Origin: a virus
Reading direction: 5' to 3' (one strand)
Virus record (IMG/VR): IMGVR_UViG_3300037478_000449
Span: 1 to 64,000 of that record
Length of the DNA stretch: 64,000 nt
Shown here: piece by piece, positions 9,729 to 19,024 of the stretch
Layout: each line of letters opens with the position of its first letter
How positions within the stretch are numbered: the first letter of the stretch is position 1
Translations under genes and position numbers: made by a program
The notes under the pieces: generated by a model
Told to the model about the DNA's origin: nothing
The model's database searches: none
What the model saw: the letters and a program-made list of their open reading frames with translations, nothing else

Positions 9729-11492
9729 TCAGCGTCCCTTCGTGGCGAGCTTGGTGGTGGCCTCGTCCAGGCCGATCTCGGTGAACAGGCCGGCGACCTG
9801 CTTGTCGAACTGCTCCCGGGTCATCTGCGTGGTCGGGTCACCTTCGGCGCCCAGCCCGCGGACGGTGCCGACACCCTGCGCCTCCAGCAGCTGCGCCGCG
9901 TGGACCCGCTCGGTGCGGATCGCGGAGGCGACCAGCGCCTCCAACGCGGCGGTGTCGACCTCACCAGCAGCGGTGAGTGGCACCTGGTTGTGCACAGCGG
10001 CGTGGACGCGGGGGGCGATGTGCGTTTGCAGGTGCTCCGGCACCCCCGACTCGGCTGCGGCCAGCAGCCGGTCGACGGTGGTGCGGCCGGCTTCGTTGGC
10101 GCGGTAGCGGCGCATCTCACCGACGGCCTCGGCGGCGCGGGCCTCGGCGGCACGCTGCGCGTTCTGCGCCTCGGTCAGCGCCTCCGCCAGCGAATGGGCG
10201 CGGGTGCGGTACTGGTCACGCTCCTGCGCGACCACCGCCAGCTGCGCTTCGCTAGCCCCGACAGGCGGGGTGGTGCGGGCCTCGCTCACGGTGCCCGCCG
10301 GGTCCGGCGCGCGGGCGCCGTCCTGAGTCTCCGGCATCGGAGTCTCCCTTTCTGTGGTTGGTGCGGTCGGCGGGCTGCCGCCCGCGGTCTGGCCGGCACC
10401 AGCGCTCACCGCTGGTACGTCTGTGGGGGTGTGGCCCAGTAGCCGGTCGAAGCGGGTCAGGTCGGTGACCATCTCCGCCACCGGGATGGGCGTCACGGCG
10501 GGTGCGGCTTCCCCAACCGGATCCGGCTCCTCGGCCGCAGGCTCGGCCGGCACCGGCTCCGGATCGGTGGTCGGCGCCTCAGGCTCGGCGGCGGGCTCGG
10601 CGGGTGCGGTCTCATCCGCAGGCCGCTCAGCCTCCGGCGGCTCGTCGAACAGGTCCCGCTCAAACAGCTGCGGCGCATCCTGCTCGACCCGGGAGGTCCA
10701 CGCAGACAGTGCGTCGCCGATCGCCGCAGACAGTGCGATCCGTTCGTCGCGGGTCAGCCGCCCGTCGCCGTACATCTCATCGCCGAGCTGGGTCAGGGCC
10801 AGGTGGAGCCGGGATTCCAGCCAGGCGCCCACGTTGCGCGCCTCCTCGGCTGGCTGCGGCTGGGCCGACTCCAGCACGGACACCACCTGCCCGCCCGCGG
10901 CCGGCGCCGTCACGAAGTCCACACTTCGGCCCTCGACGATCTCCGACACGACGAACCCCTCCCTGCCTTCGGCCTCACCGCGGTCGCCCAGGATCCAGGA
11001 CCGGATCGACATGCCGATGTGCTCGGCCATGTCGGTCAGCGCTTCGCGCCACGGCTGGAACAGCCGCACCTCGGCCACCAGCGCCTTCCGCTGGTCGTCC
11101 CACCGGGCGGCGGTGGTCATGACCGCGGCCAGGAGCCGCACGCTGCCAGCCGGCCGGGCCTCGTCCTCCTCATCGGTGGCGTGGTCAACAAACGCCTGCG
11201 TGCCGGCGGGGAACGCGGACGGGCCGTCGCGGCGCAGCACCTCAGCCGGGTAGTAGCGGCCGTTCAGGGACCAGCCGGCACGGATGAGCTGGATCAGCAT
11301 CCTGCCCGGCCGGCCGGGACGCGGCGCCTCCACCGTCCCGACCTCGGTGACGGCCTGCCGGGCAGGCGCGGCCACCGATTCGGCGGCCAGCCGCGGGGTG
11401 TGCCACGCGGCAGCATCGTGCATCAGCCGTAGCCCCTTCCGGGTGGGTGCGACCCGGCCGAGCTGGCGGCGGGCGCGGCGGGAGTTGGACAC
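9729..11492 (-). CDS. Capsid maturation protease/scaffold fusion
   Basis: GWSLNGRYYP, FVDHAT, IGMSI, SVDFVTAPAAGG protease motifs followed by an acidic/coiled-coil scaffold. GGAGG + GTG at 11492. Confidence 0.85.
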   Translation of the reverse strand: MSNSRRARRQLGRVAPTRKGLRLMHDAAAWHTPRLAAESVAAPARQAVTEVGTVEAPRPGRPGRMLIQLIRAGWSLNGRYYPAEVLRRDGPSAFPAGTQAFVDHATDEEDEARPAGSVRLLAAVMTTAARWDDQRKALVAEVRLFQPWREALTDMAEHIGMSIRSWILGDRGEAEGREGFVVSEIVEGRSVDFVTAPAAGGQVVSVLESAQPQPAEEARNVGAWLESRLHLALTQLGDEMYGDGRLTRDERIALSAAIGDALSAWTSRVEQDAPQLFERDLFDEPPEAERPADETAPAEPAAEPEAPTTDPEPVPAEPAAEEPDPVGEAAPAVTPIPVAEMVTDLTRFDRLLGHTPTDVPAVSAGAGQTAGGSPPTAPTTERETPMPETQDGARAPDPAGTVSEARTTPPVGASEAQLAVVAQERDQYRTRAHSLAEALTEAQNAQRAAEARAAEAVGEMRRYRANEAGRTTVDRLLAAAESGVPEHLQTHIAPRVHAAVHNQVPLTAAGEVDTAALEALVASAIRTERVHAAQLLEAQGVGTVRGLGAEGDPTTQMTREQFDKQVAGLFTEIGLDEATTKLATKGR

Positions 11493-11582
11493 GGCGGAAC
11501 CTCCCCACGGCAAAAGGGGCATCGCGGCGGTCAGGAAAAGGGGGCAGGCCGCCTACACGGGGTGTGGCGGCGCGGGTGGTGG

Positions 11583-11771
11583 CTACGGCAGGTCGGCTAC
11601 CGCGGCGGCGTGGGCCGCCTCAGCGTCCAGCACCCACTGCCGCAGATCGGCCGGAAGGTCATCGATGGTGGTGGCGGTAACCACGGCCGTGCGGAGACGT
11701 CGACGCGTCGGCAGGTCAGGCAGACCCCACATCATCGCCTGCGCGACCCGGTGGCTCAGCTCCGGACCCAT
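11583..11771 (-). CDS. Small protein downstream of MuF (candidate immunity protein)
   Basis: 62-aa ORF directly after MuF. Role inferred from position only. Confidence 0.5.
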   Translation of the reverse strand: MGPELSHRVAQAMMWGLPDLPTRRRLRTAVVTATTIDDLPADLRQWVLDAEAAHAAAVADLP

Positions 11772-11778
11772 CGCCCCT

Positions 11779-13500
11779 TTACCTCTCCACCACCACAGCG
11801 GTCCGGTTCAGGATCACCCAGTATTCCTCGTTCTCCCGGGTGTGGACCGGAACCCTGTACGCATCGTATCCGTGGGCTGCTGCCCAACGTCCCTGGTCCA
11901 CCAGGGTCTGCTGACCGACGCGGGACGGGCGGAACCCTGCGGCGACCATCTCCCGCTCGATGTCCTCGATGGTGGTGGTCCGCGCGTCCGGGTGCAGCAC
12001 CATCCGCATCACACCGGCCTCGTCGCGTTTGGCGTAGTCCAGCGCGTAGTCCCGGTTGATGGTCGTATAGGTTCCGTTGCCGGCCACACCCAGGCCGGGG
12101 TAGTGGTCGCCGGTCTTGAACGGCTCCACGAACCGGGGTTGGATGCCGCGGTACAGCGGCTGCCGGCCGGCTGCGACCAACGCGTCCATCTCCGCGGCGG
12201 AGACGAGCTGCGGCAGGCCGTTGAACCCGTTGGCCTGCTGGATCTGGCCGAGCACCTGGTCACCCTGGCCGGGGTTGGTACGTAGCCGGGTGTAGCTGAC
12301 CACCTGGCGGTCCAGCGCGGCCAGGTCCAGCTCACCGGTCAGGTCCCGGCCGATGGTCGGCTGGCGCAGCACCGGGGCCGCCGGCCGGCCGGATCTGCGG
12401 AGGGTACGCACCGGGGTCGGCACGTAGGACTGGCGCCAGCCCGGGTTGAGACGGCGGGTGGCCAGGTCCGTCCAGCGGATCTGGCCCGACCGGTACAGGC
12501 CCAGCCGGGCCGGTCCCATGACCGCCAACTTGGACGCTTCGGGTAGGCGGTCGAACAGGGCCTGCGCGTCGACCATGACACTCGGCGGTTCCGGTGCGCT
12601 GATCCCGAGCTCGGCCCAGGAGGCAAGCACCGGGGTGCGGGCGCAGCGGCCCCGCTGGTGGTCGTCGGGGCCGGGGGTCGCGGCGGGGAACTGCTGCCCA
12701 TGCATGCTCCAGCAGCTCGGACAGCAACGTGAATCTAGCTCACTTAGCCACTGCCAGCCGGGCACCACATCCGAGTTAGCCGCATAGATCTGCTGGGAAG
12801 TGGCCCGGTAGGCGTCCAGGATCTCCGTCCGGGAGACCGTCAACGCCCTGGACAGCCCGCCGTTGAACGCACCCTCCACCTGGGCCAGCATGCGGGCGGC
12901 GGCCTCACGCGGGTTAGCACCCACGTCCACGCCGCGGATCAGCTCCCGCCGCATCGCCTCACCAGCGTCGGCGGACAGCGGCAGCAGGTCGGAGGTGATC
13001 TGCCCCTCGGCGCGGCGGCGGATCACCCCCACCGCGTCGGTGCGGATCCGCGACAGCACGGCCAGCCGCAGACTGTCCCGGTCCTGCTCGGCCACCACCA
13101 GCCGGCCGGTGACGTGTCCCAGCAACGCCGCCCGCTCCGTGGTCGGGGCCTGGGATGCGATCAGCCCGGGTTCCCGCTCCACGTCCAGGTCGATGACCCG
13201 CCCCGCCGCTAGGGCCGCTTCCTCGGCGGCGGTCTTCGCCAACCCGGCCAGTGCGGTCTCGGCCCGGTCCAGCGCGGCCATCACCGAGGGCAGGCGGGCG
13301 ATGTCGGTCGGCCACGGCCAGTGGTCGAGCCGCCCAGCCTCGGCCACCAGGTCGGATGCGGCGGTGCGCCACCCGCCGGCCTGGTCGTCCCACGCCCGCA
13401 CCCACGCGGCGGTCAACGTCCGGTCAACCGCGTCGACCTCGACGCCGATGTCGCTGCGTAGCCGGCGGGCGATACGGAGAGTGCCGCGGGTGATCGCCAC
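11779..13500 (-). CDS. MuF-like minor head protein with C-terminal ART-like extension
   Basis: RALTVSRTE, WQWLSELDSRCCPSC..MHG, DHQRGRC MuF motifs. C-term LYRG...GNGTYTT...GYDAY...EEYWVILN. Confidence 0.8.
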   Translation of the reverse strand: MAITRGTLRIARRLRSDIGVEVDAVDRTLTAAWVRAWDDQAGGWRTAASDLVAEAGRLDHWPWPTDIARLPSVMAALDRAETALAGLAKTAAEEAALAAGRVIDLDVEREPGLIASQAPTTERAALLGHVTGRLVVAEQDRDSLRLAVLSRIRTDAVGVIRRRAEGQITSDLLPLSADAGEAMRRELIRGVDVGANPREAAARMLAQVEGAFNGGLSRALTVSRTEILDAYRATSQQIYAANSDVVPGWQWLSELDSRCCPSCWSMHGQQFPAATPGPDDHQRGRCARTPVLASWAELGISAPEPPSVMVDAQALFDRLPEASKLAVMGPARLGLYRSGQIRWTDLATRRLNPGWRQSYVPTPVRTLRRSGRPAAPVLRQPTIGRDLTGELDLAALDRQVVSYTRLRTNPGQGDQVLGQIQQANGFNGLPQLVSAAEMDALVAAGRQPLYRGIQPRFVEPFKTGDHYPGLGVAGNGTYTTINRDYALDYAKRDEAGVMRMVLHPDARTTTIEDIEREMVAAGFRPSRVGQQTLVDQGRWAAAHGYDAYRVPVHTRENEEYWVILNRTAVVVER

Positions 13501-13504
13501 CGGG

Positions 13505-13750
13505 TCACCTCTGCCAGTCGGGGACGAACGCCAGCCCGACTAGCTGTGCGCCGTCCTCCGGGATGGGCGAGCAGCACGCCGGGCAGGGCATGCCTGCGCC
13601 GCAGCCGCACCCCTCAGGATGTTCCCACGGCAGGTGGGGGTGGTTCTCGCAGACGTGGCCGGTGTCGAGGCAGGCGACGCAGCGTAGATGCACGGCTGCG
13701 ACAGCAGTAAGCCCGTAGTTCGCACGATCGGGGAACTTCGGGACCAGCAC
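13505..13750 (-). CDS. Cys-rich hypothetical protein
   Basis: CxxCxDTGHVCENHP...GAGMPCPAC. Start uncertain. Confidence 0.55.
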   Translation of the reverse strand: MLVPKFPDRANYGLTAVAAVHLRCVACLDTGHVCENHPHLPWEHPEGCGCGAGMPCPACCSPIPEDGAQLVGLAFVPDWQR

Positions 13751-13763
13751 TGTTCACCTCACC

Positions 13764-15422
13764 TCAGTCCTCGGGATCTTCTGGCGGCTCGTCGTCCGGC
13801 TCGTCCCCGTCGCCGCCCATCGGACCCGGGCCGGCGCCGGTGGGGTCCCCACCCGACCGGGCCAGGGCAGCGGCCTGACCACCCTGCCCGCCCAGCGGCG
13901 GCGGAAGCGGCCACAAGAATGCGCCGGTGGTGTCGTCGAGCAACTCCTCCACCAGCTCGTCCACATGCTGCACCCCGAGGGCGGTCAGCAGCAGCCGCAG
14001 CACTTCCTCCGGCGGCACCGTGCCAGTGGACGCAGCCTCCACGATCGCCTTCACCAGCACCGCCGGGTCGGTGTCATCCAAATCGGGCCAGGTGATGTCG
14101 ACCGTTGTCGGGGTGTCCCCGGCCAACTCCACCGTCTCCCGGTCGTAGAACGGGTCCCGCACGATCCGGCCCTTCAGCGGGCCGCGGGCCGAGCGGACCG
14201 ACTCGGCGATCACGTAGGTGAGGACGCGGCGCAGCACACCGGCCCACAGGGTGCGGCGTTGCCTCATCGCCAACTCGGTGGGCTGGTCCAACGTTTCGGC
14301 AGTGGCGCGGGCGCCGACGGTGCCCGGGTCGCCCAGCAGCATCGTCACCGGCAGGTCCAGCGCGGCGGCGACCATCGCAGCCAGCGGCCGGCCCGACTCC
14401 GAGTCGATCGTGGCCCCCGACTTGGGGATGGCCTCCAGGATCGCGTCCATGGGATGGACGGCGGTGGCACCCGCGTCCAGCGCCCGGCCGGTGGCCGGGT
14501 CGGTCGGCGGCGGTGCGCCGACCTTCGCCACAGCCTGCTTACGGGCGCTGCCCTTGCTCGTGAGCCGCCACGCGTACCGGGACAGCGACTTGATAACCGT
14601 CGCCCAGTCCTCCAGGAAGATCTTGTACGCCCTGGCCCAGTCGATCGCCGCGTACGCGTCGGGAATGCCCCGGCGCCAGTGCAACGGCCGGTTGACGCTC
14701 ACGTGCAGCACCGGCGCGGACCATTCGATCCGCACCTCGCCCAACACCCGCAGGCGGCGCTTCGGCCGGTAGTCCACGCACGGGTACAGCACCTCCCGGT
14801 GCTGCATCTCCAGGCTGCCGGACAGGTCATGCGACGTCTGCAACCAGCGGCGGCGGTAGTACCACGGCTCCGACGCGTCCTCCGGGTTGCACACCACCTC
14901 GACGATCTCGTCGGCCGGGATGGTGCGGATCTGCACCGCCCCGGTCAACGGCCGGGTGAACAGCACCGCGAACACTTCCCCGTCGGTGCCCAGGGCGTGC
15001 TCCAGCTGGTCCCTGGCCTCCGCGCCGGTGAACGCCCGCTCATTGCCCGGGTCGGACAGAAACGCGTCAACGACAGCCTGCACATCCTGCTCGCCCGGCT
15101 CGCTGCCGTTGGCGCGGGCGGCGATCTCCACACCCTGGCCCCACACGTAGCTGGACCGCAGACTCAGTCCCCGCTTGACCAAGGGATTGACGACGGCGAA
15201 CAGCCGGCATACGGCTCGCAGCTGACGCATGCCCTCGGGAGAGAACTCCTGCTCCGCAAGGGCTACGAACCTGATCCACTCCGGCTCGTGCAGATGCCGT
15301 TCTAGATCGGAAACTGACTCGTGGAGCAGGTTGTTGTTGTCCCGCTCAACGGAAAGCTGCTCGGTGAGCCGCTGGACCTGGCGGCCAAGCGCTGAAGCGC
15401 GGAGCCAGTCGCGAAGGCCCAC
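13764..15422 (-). CDS. Portal protein
   Basis: NPLVKRGLSLRSSYVWG, DGEVF, ATAETLD. Position after terL. GGAGG + GTG at 15422. Confidence 0.9.
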   Translation of the reverse strand: MGLRDWLRASALGRQVQRLTEQLSVERDNNNLLHESVSDLERHLHEPEWIRFVALAEQEFSPEGMRQLRAVCRLFAVVNPLVKRGLSLRSSYVWGQGVEIAARANGSEPGEQDVQAVVDAFLSDPGNERAFTGAEARDQLEHALGTDGEVFAVLFTRPLTGAVQIRTIPADEIVEVVCNPEDASEPWYYRRRWLQTSHDLSGSLEMQHREVLYPCVDYRPKRRLRVLGEVRIEWSAPVLHVSVNRPLHWRRGIPDAYAAIDWARAYKIFLEDWATVIKSLSRYAWRLTSKGSARKQAVAKVGAPPPTDPATGRALDAGATAVHPMDAILEAIPKSGATIDSESGRPLAAMVAAALDLPVTMLLGDPGTVGARATAETLDQPTELAMRQRRTLWAGVLRRVLTYVIAESVRSARGPLKGRIVRDPFYDRETVELAGDTPTTVDITWPDLDDTDPAVLVKAIVEAASTGTVPPEEVLRLLLTALGVQHVDELVEELLDDTTGAFLWPLPPPLGGQGGQAAALARSGGDPTGAGPGPMGGDGDEPDDEPPEDPED

Positions 15423-16186
15423 CGCGGCACCTCCCGGTCCTTCTTGCGAGAGTTGCACCGGGGATGCGAGGGCTGCGTGTTCGCTGCGGTGTGATCGCCA
15501 CCCTTGGATAGCGGCTTGATATGATCAAGGTGCATGCTCGCGAACAGAACCGGTTCAGCGCATAGGCCACAAAGCCCGCCGTCGCGTTCCCATATGGAAA
15601 GCCGGTCGATCGCCTCGACCTTGCCGGTGCTGCCGCGTAGACGCATGCGCCGTTTCGCCGCAAGTGCGCGCACACGCTCAGGGTTTGCGTCGAACCAGGC
15701 TCGGACTATCGCCCGAGCGCGGTCGGGATTCTCTGCTCGCCAGCGGCGGGCTCGTTCAATGCCGAGAGGGTTGCCCCGAGACCGCTCGCGACTCCGCTCA
15801 CGTTCGCGGTCGAGGTTGGCCAGGCGGTAGTCCCTCTGGGCAGCCAGGTACCGTGCCTTGTTCCGCTCGTAGCGTTCGTGGTTGTCTTCGATCCTGGCAG
15901 CACGGTGCCGCAAGTAGTGCTCCCGGTTGTACTCCCGCTCGCACGCCTTGCAGTATGCTCCGAGACCGTCGGGGGCACGCTTGTCCATTCGGAATGGCAT
16001 CTGGTCCGGGCTGCACCCACATCGCGCGCAAGTCCGGGTGCCAGTCCGTTCGCGTAGCATCAGCTTGGTCGGATCACCGTGCGCGCGCCACCGCTCGTAG
16101 TGCTTGGCGCACCAACCGCGCGACCTCGACTGGTTGCCACACCCGGCGATGGAGCAGGGCAATCGCCCTCGTATACCCTTCGGCAT
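15302..16186 (-). CDS. HNH endonuclease with N-terminal zinc-finger motifs
   Basis: RDGGLCGLC...HLDHIKPLSKGGDH...N...HPRCNSRK. 3' end overlaps portal by ~120 nt. Confidence 0.9.
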   Translation of the reverse strand: MPKGIRGRLPCSIAGCGNQSRSRGWCAKHYERWRAHGDPTKLMLRERTGTRTCARCGCSPDQMPFRMDKRAPDGLGAYCKACEREYNREHYLRHRAARIEDNHERYERNKARYLAAQRDYRLANLDRERERSRERSRGNPLGIERARRWRAENPDRARAIVRAWFDANPERVRALAAKRRMRLRGSTGKVEAIDRLSIWERDGGLCGLCAEPVLFASMHLDHIKPLSKGGDHTAANTQPSHPRCNSRKKDREVPRWAFATGSALQRLAARSSGSPSSFPLSGTTTTCSTSQFPI

Positions 16187-16214
16187 GTCGGACCTCTCAA
16201 CAGGTTCGGCCACG

Positions 16215-16243
16215 CCCCGGGGGTGTTACCGCACCCGCCGGGG
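16215..16243 (-). promoter_or_regulatory. Hairpin in the leader of the HNH gene
   Basis: CCCCGG-C-GGGTG-CGGTAA-CACCC-CCGGGG stem-loop in the terL-HNH intergenic region. Confidence 0.5.
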
Positions 16244-16285
16244 TCTGTCGTACTCCGTACCCAGTATCGCACACGGGTGCGACAA

Positions 16286-17773
16286 CTAGTAGCTCGGCCC
16301 GATCCTCACCAGGTCGTCTTCGTCTTCCACCACCTGCTCCGGCGGCGGCGCAGCGGCGGCGGTGAGCATCAGCGTGTCGCCCCTGTCCGGCGAGGGCAGT
16401 CCACGCTTGCGGGCATCGTCCTTCGACTCGATCAACACCTGCCCGCGGGACGTGAACTTGTAGCGGATCGACCCCAACTGGGCGGCCAGCTCGTCATCGT
16501 CCGGGTCTATGTCGAGGTCACCCTGCTCTGCCCTCTCGCGGACCGCCCACCACCACTCCGAGCGGGCATTCGCGAAATGCTCCGGGTCGCGCGCCGACGC
16601 GCCGGACTGCATGTCCAGCACGTTGTGACCCTGCTCCACCAGCTGGTCAACCACGCCGCCGCCGACGCCCACACCGTCGATGCGGGTCTCGTCGACCCGG
16701 TGCTCGCGCTTAGCGGCGATGACCTTGCCGGTGGTCTCCGTCGTGGCCTGCTTGGTGTAGTCGCCCACCACCCGGAACACCGGGCCTCGACGCAGCCCCA
16801 ACACAGTCCTATCGCTCCCGAACCGGGCCACGTCCACACCGAGGATGCTCCACGGGCCGGGCTGGCACTCCCGCTGCTGCGCGGCGAGGATCAGCCCCGG
16901 CGCGATCAGGATGTCCTCACCGATCTCCGGGAACTCGCCCAGCACCTTGGAGACGTACCGAGGCGACTCGACGCCCCACCGGCGGCGCTTGTCCTCCACC
17001 CACTCCGGGTCGAGCAGCAGCGGGCGCAGATCCTCAGGCACTGGCTCGTCGGTGAAGTTCGGCGTGTCGAAAGCGGAGATCCGGATCGTGTTCCAACCCG
17101 AACCCGGCGCGCACACCTTCGCGAACTCAGTCGCCGGGTCGTCCGGGTTACCGATCGCGAGAATCCGGCAGTCCCTGTTGGTGGTGATCGCCTCCACGGC
17201 GGTCCACAACTGCGAGGGCACGCCACAGGCTTCGTCGATGATCACAAGCACGTAGCGGCGGTGGATGCCCTGAAAGCCGTGCTCGTCGGTGTCGGCCGGC
17301 TTGCGCCCCCAGCCGACCAGGGTGCCGTCGTCCAGCTTCCAGTCGTCGCTGAGAAGGATCCGGCCCGGCAGCGGGTCGCCGCGTTCCGCCGCCAGCTTGG
17401 CGGTCTTGCGGATCTCCTCCCACAGGATCGCATGGACCTGCGGGTAACTCGGCGCGGTCGAGACAACGAACGCCTCACCCAACGGGTGGGTGTCAATCCA
17501 CCAAGATCCCAAGCGGGACGCGATGTGGCTCTTGCCCGCATCGTGGCAGCTCTTGACCGAGGTGCGCCGGTTGTCCCGGACCGACTCCGCGATCTGCCGC
17601 TGCTTGGACCACAGGTGCTCACCGAGCCGGTCCCGCACCCACCCGACCGGATCGTCCCGGTAGCGGGCGGCCCGCTGGTCCCGCTCCCGCCGGTCGGCGT
17701 CAGCCTTCTGCTGACGCAGCTCCCGCAGCCGGCGGAGCCGGGCCAACTTCACGCCCGCCAAGCTCTCGCTCAA
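16286..17773 (-). CDS. terL: Terminase large subunit
   Basis: KSCHDAGKS Walker A, VIIDEA Walker B, IGNP, LGVDVARFGSD, SPDRGD nuclease motifs. Start approximate. Confidence 0.95.
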   Translation of the reverse strand: MSESLAGVKLARLRRLRELRQQKADADRRERDQRAARYRDDPVGWVRDRLGEHLWSKQRQIAESVRDNRRTSVKSCHDAGKSHIASRLGSWWIDTHPLGEAFVVSTAPSYPQVHAILWEEIRKTAKLAAERGDPLPGRILLSDDWKLDDGTLVGWGRKPADTDEHGFQGIHRRYVLVIIDEACGVPSQLWTAVEAITTNRDCRILAIGNPDDPATEFAKVCAPGSGWNTIRISAFDTPNFTDEPVPEDLRPLLLDPEWVEDKRRRWGVESPRYVSKVLGEFPEIGEDILIAPGLILAAQQRECQPGPWSILGVDVARFGSDRTVLGLRRGPVFRVVGDYTKQATTETTGKVIAAKREHRVDETRIDGVGVGGGVVDQLVEQGHNVLDMQSGASARDPEHFANARSEWWWAVRERAEQGDLDIDPDDDELAAQLGSIRYKFTSRGQVLIESKDDARKRGLPSPDRGDTLMLTAAAAPPPEQVVEDEDDLVRIGPSY

Positions 17774-18269
17774 GCTCGGCGATGGCCTGGTCGATGCGGT
17801 CAAGGGTCATCACCTCGACCTTGGCCGGAGCGTCCAACCCAAGAAGCTTGGACCTCCGCTCCATGATCTTCAGCAGCCGGTCAATCGCCTGCAACACGGG
17901 GGCGTCGTCAGCGACCGGGACCTTCTCGCCGTCCTTGTCGATCGTGACGACCTTGCCGTTGGACACGGTGACGTGCTCGGCGTGGAGCACCTTGACCGCC
18001 TCAAGCCACAGGCTGTCGAGTCGGATCAGCTCCATCTGGCGTAGCTCATCGGCCGGCTCCCTGACCTCACGGGTCAGCGCCGCCTCGATGGCCTTCCGCG
18101 CGTCCGACCGGTCGTTGTAGCCGAGCCGCCCAGCGATTGCCTGATAGGTGTTCCCCTCGGCGCGAAGCCGTACCGCTTCGGCGTCACGTTTGCCGGTGTC
18201 GGCGCGTTTCACGTACCGGCCCCGGCCGTCCCGGCCGGTACGTGTGTGGGAGCGGTCTGACGTGGGCAT
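17700..18269 (-). CDS. terS: Terminase small subunit
   Basis: N-terminal HTH (GNTYQAIAGRLGY), AIDRLLKIMERRSKLLGLDAP. Immediately upstream of terL. Confidence 0.8.
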   Translation of the reverse strand: MPTSDRSHTRTGRDGRGRYVKRADTGKRDAEAVRLRAEGNTYQAIAGRLGYNDRSDARKAIEAALTREVREPADELRQMELIRLDSLWLEAVKVLHAEHVTVSNGKVVTIDKDGEKVPVADDAPVLQAIDRLLKIMERRSKLLGLDAPAKVEVMTLDRIDQAIAELERELGGREVGPAPPAAGAASAEG

Positions 18270-18278
18270 GGGCGTCTG

Positions 18279-18434
18279 TCACCGCCTCCCGGTGCGTCGA
18301 GTTTGGAGCGCTTCACTGAGCAGTGCCCGGATCAGAGTTGACCGGTCGACACCTTCCCGCGTGGCCAGCCGGTCGAGCTCGGCGACGCCTTCCCAGGAGA
18401 GCTTTACGCAGACGGTGCGGCGACCTGACTTCAT
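18279..18434 (-). CDS. Ribbon-helix-helix (CopG-like) regulator, not in ORF track
   Basis: Manually translated MKSGRRTVCVKLSWEGVAELDRLATREGVDRSTLIRALLSEAL. Confidence 0.75.
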   Translation of the reverse strand: MKSGRRTVCVKLSWEGVAELDRLATREGVDRSTLIRALLSEALQTRRTGRR

Positions 18435-18655
18435 CGGGACATTGTCGCAGCCCAGCCCGTATTACGGTCAGCAGCTTCCGGCGACGGTGGGGGAGTGGAG
18501 GCGGCCCGCAGCAGCCCTCAAAGGGGGGGTTGCGGGGGGAGGAGGGGGGCCGGGGGCCGCCGGACTGTGGGGGATGTGAGAGGGTGCGGCTTACCGGTCA
18601 GAGGCGCCGACAGGGGGCGCGGGACACACGGGTGCCGTTGGCGGAAGCGTAACTG

Positions 18656-19024
18656 TCACGTCCGAGGATGGTCAACTCGGGGCCTGCGGCGGCGTGTCTC
18701 CTGTACCGCCTTCAGGTCGGCGAGCTGGTAGCGCCAGCCGTGGCGGGTCCTCTCACCAGGCAGACGGCCGGCCAGGCGCAGCCGGCGGATGTTGGCGGTG
18801 GACGTGCACAGCCAGTCGGCGGCCTGCGCCGGGGTGAGCAGCATGTGCTCATCCACAGTCACCACCTGGGGGACGGCCCAGGTTTCGCCGAACTGGACGG
18901 CGGTGGCGTCGGCGGTGTCGCACAGGTCCGTCGACAGGGACCGCAGATGCGCCCGGTACATGTGGGCGACGCGGCGGGCGCGAGTCAGCGGCGCCTCACC
19001 GGGGAACGGCCACCGGCCGGCCAT
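18656..19024 (-). CDS. MerR/Xis-type HTH DNA-binding protein
   Basis: LLTPAQAADWL...IRRLRLAGRL...WRYQLADL. Confidence 0.7.
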   Translation of the reverse strand: MAGRWPFPGEAPLTRARRVAHMYRAHLRSLSTDLCDTADATAVQFGETWAVPQVVTVDEHMLLTPAQAADWLCTSTANIRRLRLAGRLPGERTRHGWRYQLADLKAVQETRRRRPRVDHPRT

